DNA of 63,443 bases, filler included, from Octopus bimaculoides (GCF_001194135.2; 5 parts of 4 records of this genome joined end to end with filler, not necessarily neighbours in it), one strand, 5' to 3'; numbered from the whole stretch's first letter, positions 1-12,218 are shown. A program made the numbers and translations. Notes: generated by a model from the sequence alone, not told the origin.

Positions 1-10
1 TTATTATTAC

Positions 11-51
<41 letters not shown>

Positions 52-54
52 TTA

Positions 55-120
<66 letters not shown>

Positions 121-335
121 GGCGGCGAGCTAGCAGAATCGTTAGCACGCCGGGGAAAATGCGTAGCGACATTTCTTCCGCCCTTACGGTTTGGGTTCAA
201 ATTCTGCCGAGGGAGACTTTGTCTTTCATCCTTTCGCGATCGATAAATTAAGTACCAGCACAGTACTGGGATCAATGTAATCTACTTCACCCCTCCCCAA
301 AAATTTCAGGCCTTGTGCTTCTAGTAGAAACGATT
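121..335 (+). mobile_element. tRNA-derived SINE family 1 (ggcggcgagctggcagaa head)
   Basis: B-box GGTTCAAATTC, core ctttcatcctttcg..gtcgataaattaagtaccag. Confidence 0.85.
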
Positions 336-1098
336 ATTATTATTATTTTACTTCTCAGACGATTAGCTCTAAAATCATACGTGAGCAGTAATTACGTGTT
401 GCTTATCAACGATGACATTTCTCATCCCTTTTGTGAGACACTACGAATTCGGTTCAATTTTCACCACTTTTCCAGAAATCCTGTCTTGTTCTTCCTCAAG
501 TTTTTCTCACTTTGAGTTCGCGACAATTTTGCGCATTTGCCCTTCTCCATATCCGTACAAACGTTGCCTTTCTCTTGCTCACTGCATCTAATTCTTATTT
601 TACATATACAATTATCCCTCGACAATCGCGGGTGTTACGTTCTAAAAGCCCGCGCGATAGGCGAAAATCTGCGAAGGAGAAACAGTACTGAACATGATAT
701 ATTTTGTTTTTATTTCTATAATTTGTATATATTTATTTTATTATAAATGCAAAACAACACCACAGAGGAATCAATGTAAGCTTAAATAATAAACCACGAT
801 AGGTGAACCGCAATATGGCGAGGGATTACTGTATATGCGTAATTGTGTGTTTACATTTAAAACATAACTACAGAAGCATCGACAATTATGTAAACAAGCC
901 TTCTCTAAATATTGTATATCGAATGCGAATCCAGCTATATGCATGGTTCAGGAACAGATCTTCCCACACTTTAGTTTCAAATGTTTCAGAAGCAAGCAAA
1001 CGGTGTGCACCGGTCCAAACTGTGATAGTAACTGGAAAAAGAAACACTACGGTAGCCCTTAGCTACATAAAGACACCGTTACTACCTGCCTAACTTCA

Positions 1099-1320
1099 AT
1101 TTCTTTATTGCCCACAAAGGGCTAAACATAGAGGGGACAAACACAGAGGTTAAGTCGATTAGATCGACTCCAGTGCGTAACTGGTACTTAATTTATCGAC
1201 TTCAAAAGGATGAAAGGCAAAGTCGACCTAGGCGGAATTTGAACTCAGAACGTAACGGCAGACGAAATACCGCTAAGCATTTCGCCCGTTATGCTAACGT
1301 TTCTGCCAGCTCGCCACCTT
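1099..1320 (-). mobile_element. SINE family 1, near full length
   Basis: Reverse complement of head, core and gcccacaa..ggctaaacatagaggggacaaac tail. Confidence 0.88.
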
Positions 1321-1624
1321 CCTATCCACCTAACTTCATTAGCTAATACGTACCGAAATAACAAGAGAGGAAGGTTTTTCTGTTACACCCTGTATAATAT
1401 TTCACAATACATAGAATTAAAATCCCTTTCGACGAGTAAAAACAGAAAACCCTCAGGGTTTACTGTAACCCTAGTAGGATTGATACCATTACACCAGCAA
1501 AACTTTCTGACTTTCAGTCGTTCAGATTGTGTGTATCTGGATCCGCATTTCAAATATCTCGTTTACGGTAGACATACTCATTCACACGTGCTTACACACA
1601 TACATACATACATACATACATACA

Positions 1625-1660
<36 letters not shown>

Positions 1661-2199
1661 TATTCAGAGTGGCCAAACTTGATTAATCTAAGAGTCATAT
1701 GCGTTAAACATAGAGCTTTTGAAAGACGCTATTCATGAACAAAATTTACAGAAATTTGTGTTATATCAACATTTTGTTACAAAACTTTTATAAAGCTTTT
1801 ATATGGATTCATGAATGCAGTTTTTAAAGCTGCTAATTTATATTAGTTTCAATAATCAGAAAGTACACAATTGTAGCTAATGTCTTGAAAATATTGATTG
1901 TAACTTGTTTTAAATGTACCGAGCATATTTAACTATAGCAATATCAAAGAAAAATATGACAATCTACATTTCAGTAATATAAAATTAGACAGTGAAAAGT
2001 GAAAATAAGATGCGATAAACTTAATTGTAGCTTTCTGTCTTATTAATTATCTTATCTAAACATGGAGAAAAATATCTTATTAAAAAAGCAAATCAATAAA
2101 ATTAGCGATTTTATTTCCATAGGAGCTTACAAAATTACAGTCTTGTCGCAAAATATATTAAAGGCGTTATTTACTGCTAGCAGACAGCTTGTAGGTTTC

Positions 2200-3030
2200 C
2201 TCCTTCGTTGGCTGAATGTTGTTAAAAATCTGGTCGATAAACTGTGAAGGCTGTACGAATTAGCTCCATCTGACGCTTGCTGTTATTTTGTAGGGTGTCT
2301 GTGATATTTATCAGAAGAATGGATGTAATGGTCGGCTTGGCAGCAATGGGGGCCATCATGGGTCTATTATTTGTGGTGGTCTTATGTGTGGGTGTGCACG
2401 GCTTAGTTTTGTTTGCAACCATGTCAGACGCTGCCATATCTTTTGTGCCACACTAAAAAAATTTGCTGTTCTATTGTTGTAGTTCGCACTGCACCTGCAT
2501 ACAGGTTTTTAGTGGACTTCTTTATTGCAGTCTCCATTGAGATCCGAGTCGCTCTGGGCAAGGTTTTATTCCATCTTGTAGGCTAAGTGGAGAGTAGTTT
2601 TTGTTATGGTTTCCTTCCTGCCTCAGCTTTGGATGCGCAAAACGGCAGTTCGTCTCCATCTCTTTATGCTAGTAGACACCTTTTACATAAAATTTACAGA
2701 TAGTATATACTTCACGTACCATTTTGTTTCTTTTACTGTCTTTCTGTGGTTTTCTTTCTATCATTGAATTGTTTCATCAGTCTTTTGGTTGATTACTTTT
2801 TCTGCTGCTTTTACATGTGGTATTGGTGCCGCTTTTTTAAGGAATTTCATTTTCTTCTCTCTTTCATTTTTCCATCTCCATTAACATGAATATTCCTGTT
2901 GATGGTTACCTTATTGTTGGCTTCCTCATTGAGCTGTCTACATAGAGTTTCAACATAGGTACTATTCTCTGTGACAGGTGTTTCTCTTGGAGAATCACTA
3001 TTTTTAAAAATGGTATCCAGTTTGTCCAAG
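2200..3030 (-). mobile_element. Decayed LINE 5' region: CCCH-type zinc-finger ORF1 and start of an AP-endonuclease
   Basis: ICKFYVKGVY*HKEMETNCRFAHPKL at 2701-2624; SILLINI and TVYRP further downstream. Confidence 0.45.
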
Positions 3031-3124
3031 TGTGTCCTAATGCGTACATAGTGTAGTGAAACTACCTATCGCCATTAGATACAAAACTACTATCGCCATT
3101 ACATACAATCTTCTCATTTAAATA

Positions 3125-3290
3125 TAAACAAGCGCGGGCGTAGCGGAAAACCATTCCTTGTCATCACGTGACTGATTATTATTCGAAGCGGCAACTTCTT
3201 CGAACCGTTCCCGCCAGAACGCAAACTGACCAATCACGGCCCCTAATAAGGTCACGTGATAGAGTATTTTTCTGATGTCTGGTGAGCCTA
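3125..3290. promoter_or_regulatory. CpG-rich promoter-like cluster
   Basis: TCACGTGAC 3164-72 and GTCACGTGAT 3251-60 (E-box/CLEAR), TTCCCGCC 3208-15 (E2F-like), CCAATCA 3230-36; local CpG excess in an AT-rich background. Confidence 0.55.
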
Positions 3291-5791
3291 CCATTAACTA
3301 TAAAATGCTTCNNNNNNNNNNNNNNNNNNNNNNNNNNNNNNNNNNNNNNNNNNNNNNNNNNNNNNNNNNNNNNNNNNNNNNNNNNNNNNNNNNNNNNNNN
3401 NNNNNNNNNNNNNNNNNNNNNNNNNNNNNNNNNNNNNNNNNNNNNNNNNNNNNNNNNNNNNNNNNNNNNNNNNNNNNNNNNNNNNNNNNNNNNNNNNNNN
3501 NNNNNNNNNNNNNNNNNNNNNNNNNNNNNNNNNNNNNNNNNNNNNNNNNNNNNNNNNNNNNNNNNNNNNNNNNNNNNNNNNNNNNNNNNNNNNNNNNNNN
3601 NNNNNNNNNNNNNNNNNNNNNNNNNNNNNNNNNNNNNNNNNNNNNNNNNNNNNNNNNNNNNNNNNNNNNNNNNNNNNNNNNNNNNNNNNNNNNNNNNNNN
3701 NNNNNNNNNNNNNNNNNNNNNNNNNNNNNNNNNNNNNNNNNNNNNNNNNNNNNNNNNNNNNNNNNNNNNNNNNNNNNNNNNNNNNNNNNNNNNNNNNNNN
3801 NNNNNNNNNNNNNNNNNNNNNNNNNNNNNNNNNNNNNNNNNNNNNNNNNNNNNNNNNNNNNNNNNNNNNNNNNNNNNNTATCACTCACACACACTCTTTT
3901 CTTTGTACGACGGCCTGTCTTTTATTATGTTTTTATATGTCGCATTCACACTCACACACAGACATACATCTTTAACGTCACAATAAATATCTCTGTTATT
4001 CATTTCATACGGTTGCCTTCTATCGTTTCTTCATTACTGGTATTTACGAATTCACATATGTTATCGTAGTATAACATATTTTGTATATCATCATTGATAT
4101 ATCATTTTGTGTTCGACCGTGTGACGCGTTTAAAATAAAAGGAGTTCTCCTGTTTTTCCATTCGTCACCATTTCTCCTTTTATGAGTTCGCACGGTCGTT
4201 CTTACAATAGGAATGGATAAATTCACTCTTTTTCTGCTTTATTTGCGCCACAGACCTGGTAAATCCGTTGCTTCTCAGGGCTGCCTCAATAAGGTTGTTG
4301 GGTGAATCATTTCGGCTATGTTCCAAACTCTTAGGAACAATTCTATCGCGATAGTCTTCCAGTTTCTCGACATCTTCGCCGCGCTGTTTACCTCTATTTT
4401 ATTGTTGTGGATGCATGTGTGATTTGTTTGTGAGTACAGAGAGAGATGGTGAGAGAAAGAAAGAGAGAGAGAAGAAGAAAGAACGAAGAAATGATGGGAC
4501 ATAACAGGAAAGAGAGAAAAGTAAATTGAGACAGGGAGTGGAGCAAGAAGAGGGGAAGAGAGAAGAGCAAGCGGAAGAGAGAAGAACAAGCGGAAGAGAT
4601 AGAGGAAAGAGTTCGTGAATACACAAAGGGCGAAGAAACGATGGAGATGTTAAAGGAAGGAGAGGAGACAGTAAATTGAAACAAAGAAGGAAGCAGGAAT
4701 AAGTTGAAACAGAGAAGGAAGGAGGCAGAACAACCTGAGGAGAGAATCAGGAGGAGGAGGAGGAGAGAAGGAAGATGGTAAATATGGGACAATGAACTTT
4801 TAGTGAATATATCAGGAATGGTAGCAATAAATCCCGCTAATTTTACACCAATGAGCCCTACCACATACTTACAGCCAACAACCAAATTCTGAATCGAAAC
4901 TCCGAATTATTATCTTTATGCACACACAAAATCTTCAAAACACTAAATCATTTCAAACCAATAGTTTCCCTAACAGCTAAACAGAAAAAATACCTCACCA
5001 CCTTATTTCTCCCATCTTCACCTTCACCATAAACTACTCCCATAATACACATTAAAATAGATATTACAGCACCATATTAGCCAAGTGATGCAGAAATTAT
5101 CTAAAAGTTACTAAATTTTCAACAAAATTTCCCAAAAGATTAAGTCCACACGCCAAGAAATACACAGATATATGCAAGGAGGGTAGAGGACTAACCTGGT
5201 TTAGAATTTCTTGCCTATTTTTATAATGTCCACTTTTTGCATATTTTAATAAATCCAAATAATATATTATAAAACAACCACACTTGAAACCGAATAGAAG
5301 AGATATTTACGTTTTTTTTTTAGCCTACATACTTCACCTCTCAAAACACAAAGATTAAAATTTCTCGATAACAGTCAAATAATTTCAAGAACAATGACCC
5401 CCTAAAGATAAATACCAACAACATTTACGTTTTCACTTGTAAACATTAAAACGTGGAGGCGCGTGGCTTAGTGGTTAGGGTGTCAGCATCATGATCGTAA
5501 GATTGTGGTTTCGATTCCTGGACCAGGAATATCATCAGTGTCGATATTCCGTTATATAAATGTACAAGTTCCTACACATACCTATACTAGCAGAGCCGTC
5601 GCACAGCAATATGTATACATACTTGAAAAATATACAGTAAAAGTAGAATTTACATCTTTCTCTTCAACCACAAAAACGTCAGTATTTTTAGAGTTTTTAA
5701 GGTGGCTTTTAGCGCCATTTGGCGTCTATTTTCAGCGCGTGGAGAGGCGTTTTTGCCAATCCCTTGTTACAATTATGTATATAATTATTAT

Positions 5792-5860
<69 letters not shown>

Positions 5861-5881
5861 ATATGTATGTATGTATATATA

Positions 5882-5913
<32 letters not shown>

Positions 5914-6460
5914 CGTACGTATGTATCTTTTCATTACTTAAAGTAAGATAAGTTTTCATTTCAACATCCTAATGTTTTTATTTTCTTTCTTTATAGTATA
6001 GTGGTTTAAATCGTATGTATTTTACCCTTTGAAAATGAGTTTAGATCAGACCCCACATCATGAATTTAAAATGGCATTTTCAGCATGAAATTTTTTACTC
6101 CGGATCAATGTTCATTCATTGAAAAATGAAGCTTGTAATGTCCGGATATACCACCGACGGTTGGATTTTTTTTTATTGCAGTAACCATCGGTGAATGTGT
6201 GTTTTTGTTTTTTTTTACAACATTATTCTTAAAAGAAAATATTTCTATTGATTAAGAAGTGCTTTAGACATTGGCTGTGTCTTACTGAATTTGTTCAAAC
6301 TAATTGATTAGTTGGCTTTTATTACTATTTCAATGTTAGAATATTTCTTAATGCTCAAATCTGAATTCATGATTAAAAAGTTAGTGAATTTTAATTGAGA
6401 TGGAGCTTCAGTTTTCGCTTCTATAAATAATTTCAATTCGACTTCCCTCCACTGTTTTAA

Positions 6461-6676
6461 CCCTTTCGGCCCGGCTGGTACATATTTGTACCAGTCAAAA
6501 ATTTTACAACCTGTGTGATGCAGTATAGTACCGCTCCGATTTTTCTGGTAAGCATATAGCGGCAGATCGGTGTGTATGACACTATAATGACAGCCCAAAA
6601 GGCTCGCATGTGTACAAACCCCACGTCATTACTGACTTGAGAAAAAATTCTGGAGAAAAATTCCGGGTTGAAAGGG
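6461..6676. mobile_element. piggyBac-type MITE
   Basis: TTAA-CCCTTTC ... GAAAGGG-TTAA. Confidence 0.7.
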
Positions 6677-7446
6677 TTAAGGAAATAACTTATTTTATGA
6701 ATTTAAAACAATCATATTAAAAAATATGTCAAAATGCTTCTGAAGCAAAAACTTCAACGTTAATGATGGGTAAACTGAGTTAACATTAAATGGAGAATCT
6801 TGAAAATTTCAAAAAAAGGAAGAGTTGGTGTTTGAAGATAAGAAATAGATAGAAATACTTACAGGCGAAAACAATGATTATGGTTGCAGCTATTAACGTT
6901 CCAAATAAACAGGGTACAGAACATTTTATATTTTTAGTTGATGATATTAACATTTTCCTGAAAATAATTGAATAGAATAATAATAACAAGCAGAACTTGT
7001 GGAAACTCCATAGTGTAAGTCAGTATATTTGGAAACATTGTTATTATAGTACACATAAGCAAGGAATTTCAAAAAATTCTTTTGAAATTCAGCCATTTAA
7101 TTAAAACTACTTTCAAATATAAACCAAGTGAAGTTAGAAAGCATTGCTTATTTTCCTTCTTTTAATATGTTTGGCAGATATGATGTGCTTTATACTTTGA
7201 GAGAAAAGAAAATGAATTGAAATAATAAAATATATTCGCATATATATATATATATGTATATANNNNNNNNNNNNNNNNNNNNNNNNNNNNNNNNNNNNNN
7301 NNNNNNNNNNNNNNNNNNNNNNNNNNNNNNNNNNNNNNNNNNNNNNNNNNNNNNNNNNNNNNNNNNNNNNNNNNNNNNNNNNNNNNNNNNNNNNNNNNNN
7401 NNNNNNNNNNNNNNNNNNNNNNNNNNNNNNNNTATATATATATATA

Positions 7447-7916
7447 TTAAAGGAAGTGGAAAACAAAACTAAGGCATGACAAGCTTATCAGATCATTTAA
7501 AAATATTTTGATTAATGTAAAGGTAAATCTAAAGAAGGAAAACTAAAAGTAAATAATGTCTTACAACTGTTTCAGGGATATCTCAGGTAATGAATCAATG
7601 TGTAACTTCACGGAAATACGTATAAACCTCCATACCCTCCGGAACAAGATGAACTATGAACCTTATACATCTATCTACTTTAAATTTTCTGTCTAGAACT
7701 TTCCTGCACATACATCTTGTCTCTGATGATGGAATACCCAATGTATGGACATGTTGATCTACACGTTTATCCATTACCTGGGATATTCCAGAAACAGCTG
7801 TAGGACATTATTTACTTTTACTTTCCCTTATTTAGATTTACCTTTACATTAGTTAAAATATTTTAAATGATCTGATAAGCTTGTCCTGCTTTAGTTTTGT
7901 TTTCCTTTTCCTTTAA
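7447..7916. mobile_element. Fold-back element (about 145-bp inverted arms) carrying a hammerhead; probably derived from inverted pseudo-LTRs of a Penelope-like element
   Basis: 7447-7590 is the imperfect reverse complement of 7770-7916 (ttaaaggaa...gacaagcttatcagatcatttaaa...gtaaaggtaaatctaaa...); the hammerhead overlaps the right arm. Confidence 0.7.
7718..7807 (+). ncRNA. Type I hammerhead ribozyme with extended stem II
   Basis: Stem I TGTCT(7718-22)/GGACA(7803-07); core CTGATGA 7723-29; stem II TGGAATA-CCCA.../...TGGG-A-TATTCCA 7730-7790; GAAAC 7791-95; palindromic ACAGCTGT; GTA triplet 7800-02, predicted cut 3' of 7802. Confidence 0.75.
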
Positions 7917-8069
7917 TTTATAACCGCTGACTCAGAAGCTTGCTACGGATCTCTGGCTCCAGCCTCCGAAGTGAACTTGGATCCTAACGGATTACCAGCT
8001 ACAGCACTTACGCAACGTACCTATTTGTTTAGATCATCAGTGACCTAAAACCTTCCTATTCTCTCTCTC

Positions 8070-8122
<53 letters not shown>

Positions 8123-8222
8123 NNNNNNNNNNNNNNNNNNNNNNNNNNNNNNNNNNNNNNNNNNNNTTAATTAATTAANNNNNNNNNNNNNNNNNNNNNN
8201 NNNNNNNNNNNNNNNNNNNNNN
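8123..8222. other. Assembly gap placeholder: 44 N + TTAATTAATTAA + 44 N; same word also at 16270-16281, 27208-27219, 59303-59314
   Basis: Identical 12-mer isolated within Ns four times; palindromic, with TAA in all six frames. Confidence 0.9.
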
Positions 8223-8433
8223 TAGATAAACTTATAACCGACTTATTCTCTAGTGTGATGTTTTTTCTCGGGCATGTGGTTTTCAGAGTCTTTTTCGCAC
8301 TAGATTCTTGACTACTTTTTGGGCTTTGCTCGAAATCTTCACTTAAAATGCGGAACCTATTGGGTAATAAAATTTGTTCTGAATGTTCAGAGCATTTCGT
8401 CTAGCGCTAACGATTCTGCCTGCTCGCCGCCTT

Positions 8434-8514
<81 letters not shown>

Positions 8515-9441
8515 CATAATTATAATTATAATAATAAAAATATTCTAAGACTTTTATATATATGTTCAATTTGTTTCTCTCAGGCTTCAATTATTTGTCT
8601 CAGGCATCTAGCATTAGATTATGAGATTTGACAGCAATATGCGACATGTAGTCTGAAAGTGATGACCAAAGCAACCTTAATTCAGACTCAAAATTGAAAT
8701 TATGATATTAAAAAGTCTTGTAACAAGAATAATTATTCTCCTTCAAAAGTCAATGTATCAGGGAACTGTTCAATATATTTTTGAAATTTATAGAATACAT
8801 AAACACAGTTTGGACTAGAATTTCTATTGATTCTTATGTTTAAATTTGATGTTAATATTAAAAAAAAAGTCATTAAATCAAAATAAAAAGAAAATAGTAC
8901 AGCGAAAAATTACAAAATCTTTTTTTACTTCAACAATCCATTTCCTAGCTTTTGAAGTAAGATTTCATTCTAAAATTGAAAAGAATCTTTGTGCTAACAG
9001 GAAAGGATTTCTACTAGAATTTAGCAATTAAACACGCTCTACCTGTTTTACAAGTTTTCTGTATTCTATGTTTTAACAGGAATATTGTTAGAAACAGCAA
9101 GAAGTTACATTAAAATGATTCAAGTTATTAACTAATATTGCGGATGAAATTCAATCATTGTTATATCCGGTTCCGGTCGTTTAGCAAAAGGAAGTTGTTG
9201 ATGAGAGAATGATAAGGAAAAATATTCACTGGAGCGTGATAGAAAATTGTCTATCACCAAGAGGAAATAGACTCTGAATTTATCTCTCAGGTAATTTAAG
9301 AGTTGTGTGAACTTCTGTTGTGCGTATTTTGTAATTGTTCATATGAACACGGCAAGCAGCATTCCGTTTTTTTTTCGTCTACAACAGTAGTTTTCATTGT
9401 TAACGCTCGTCTGATTTATCAGAATAATTGTCTGCTTTCCT

Positions 9442-9473
<32 letters not shown>

Positions 9474-9517
9474 AATCGTCATCGTCGTCATCGTCGTCGT
9501 CGTTGTCGTCGTCGTCG

Positions 9518-9549
<32 letters not shown>

Positions 9550-10133
9550 CTCCTCCTCTTCCGCCTCTTCTTCCTCATTCACCCTTCTCCCCCCCTTTCT
9601 CTTCATTGTTATTGTTATCGATTTGTATGTTTTTTTTTCATGGTTATGGCTCGGACATAATAGACTGGAATTTATTTTCTTTTGAATTCACTGAATATTT
9701 TGGTCTGGTTGCGTTTACATGAGATATGATAGTTTCAACATGTTTCCCATCGTTTTCTAATACCTCGAGTACGTTTCAATCGATTTGATCTCCAGGCACT
9801 CTTCAGCAGTACTTCCGTTCCCATAGCAAGAACAGCAAACACTTATCACATTGTCTCTCTGATATGAAGTTAGGTTACCCTGAGGTCAGTTATAGTCTGT
9901 AGAATTTGCTTATTCGGTCCATTCGGTTTCAGATCTTTGTTGCTCGTTTGTTTTATCCCTTATCCAATTTTAACTATGTAATACATTTTAAAAGACGGCA
10001 AGCATCGATTATGATTGGTATATTGTGATTGGTACGGTGTAATAAATATATAAATATTGACATAATGAATATATTATATTTATTTACATTATTTACATTT
10101 GACGGATATTTTGTCCTCATCTTGTTTGTCGTT

Positions 10134-10179
10134 AACACAACGTTTCGGCTGATATACCCTCCAGCCTTCATCAGGTGTC
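10134..10179 (-). ncRNA. Minimal type I hammerhead ribozyme (Penelope-like)
   Basis: Minus strand: GACAC-CTGATGA-A-GGCTG-gagggtatat-CAGCC-GAAAC-GTT^GTGTT; 5-bp stems I and II, palindromic AACGTT at stem III. Confidence 0.8.
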
Positions 10180-10450
10180 TTGAGGAAATTTCGAAGCTGG
10201 GTTCTCATTCCTAAGGTATTTTTCGATGTTGTTGTTGTTGTTATTATTATTATTGTTCAGTAGTTTTATTTTTATAACGTGCTTTCACTTCACTACCGAG
10301 CGCAGCTCTGTGCGCCTTGGGTATGTGCTGTGGTTTGCTGTGGTGCTCTTATGTTTACTGTATTGAAAGTGTTTTGCGTAGAATGTGTGCAGTACCCAGT
10401 AGTGCAATTTTCTGTATGTTATATATATTTATATATATTTGTTATATATA

Positions 10451-10514
<64 letters not shown>

Positions 10515-11156
10515 NNNNNNNNNNNNNNNNNNNNNNNNNNNNNNNNNNNNNNNNNNNNNNNNNNNNNNNNNNNNNNNNNNNNNNNNNNNNNNNNNNNNNN
10601 NNNNNNNNNNNNNNNNNNNNNNNNNNNNNNNNNNNNNNNNNNNNNNNNNNNNNNNNNNNNNNNNNNNNNNNNNNNNNNNNNNNNNNNNNNNNNNNNNNNN
10701 NNNNNNNNNNNNNNNNNNNNNNNNNNNNNNNNNNNNNNNNNNNNNNNNNNNNNNNNNNNNNNNNNNNNNNNNNNNNNNNNNNNNNNNNNNNNNNNNNNNN
10801 NNNNNNNNNNNNNNNNNNNNNNNNNNNNNNNNNNNNNNNNNNNNNNNNNNNNNNNNNNNNNNNNNNNNNNNNNNNNNNNNNNNNNNNNNNNNNNNNNNNN
10901 NNNNNNNNNNNNNNNNNNNNNNNNNNNNNNNNNNNNNNNNNNNNNNNNNNNNNNNNNNNNNNNNNNNNNNNNNNNNNNNNNNNNNNNNNNNNNNNNNNNN
11001 NNNNNNNNNNNNNNNNNNCGCCTTGGGTATGTGCTGTGGTTTGCTGTGGTGCTCTTATGTTTACTGTATTGAAAGTGTTTTGCGTAGAATGTGTGCAGTA
11101 CCCAGTAGTGCAATTTTCTGTATGTTATATATATTTATATATATTTGTTATATATA

Positions 11157-11228
<72 letters not shown>

Positions 11229-11316
11229 CTTGGGGTTAGTAGCCAATCAATCAACTGGTTCTTTTCTGGCTGCGGTCCAAGATGTCTGTGTATATACAAT
11301 AATTTATATATCAATA

Positions 11317-11700
11317 TGGCAGAATCGTTAGCACACTGGGCAAGATGCTTAGCGGCATTTCGTCCGTCGTTACATACTGAGTTCAAATTCCGTCGGGGTC
11401 TCTAAAATAAGTACCAGTTGAGCACTGGGGGTCAATCTTACCGACTTAACCCCTTCTCAAAACTGCTGGCCTTGTGCCAAAATTTGAAACCAATACAAGC
11501 CGGCGGACCGGCAGAATTACTTTCGCACCAGGAAAAATGCTGAGTAGCATTTCATTTGTTTTTGTTGTAAGTTCAAATTCCACTGAGCTTGACTTTGCCG
11601 TTTATCTTTTCGGAGTCGATAAAATAAGAACCAAAATGTGGTCGATGTAATCGACTTAACTACTCGGTCGAAATTGCTGTCTTTGTACCAAAATTTAAAA
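11317..11700 (+). mobile_element. Two tandem SINE family 1 copies
   Basis: Two heads with GAGTTCAAATTCC B-boxes, each followed by core and tail. Confidence 0.8.
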
Positions 11701-12218
11701 CCAATATTAATATGCTATATTTGAAACATGTCTTTAATATAATCATAAATGATATATTTTAATTAGTATATTAATACTGATAAATTATAAAAATATCATT
11801 TTTTCTAAATCTCTCTAAAAGTGACTACGTCAGCAGTTCTGGGTATTAATAGTTACCGGCAGGCTAACATGGCAATCCGGAAAAATAGGACGAATGCTAC
11901 CGTTGATTATCTCCAAGAGGTCATCGCCTTCAGCTAGCTATGTGACAAACACACCCGTGTCCATTACAACCTTCGAACAGAGGAAGTCATCAGCTTCCCC
12001 ATGTTGGTTCAAACATCCACAGACTAGTTCCGGGCTATTTGCTCCTTATCAATGTGGAATAGCCGAACCCAGCAGGCGTCGCTGTTGACTCTCTATTCGA
12101 AGGTTTATATATATTCAGTGAAACACCCACAATTTTCAAAATTAGAAATATTATTCAAATTACGATAAACGTAAACAAACAAACGAAGTTTGCTTTTAGA
12201 AGCGTTGAGATGTCTATG

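Noticed and set aside
4394-4885. 163-aa Leu/Ser/Phe-rich minus-strand ORF
   Set aside because: Translation of a GA-rich low-complexity tract.
5453-5528. tRNA gene
   Set aside because: A and B boxes are present, but the sequence matches a SINE head seen again at 26450-26528; no convincing cloverleaf or acceptor stem.
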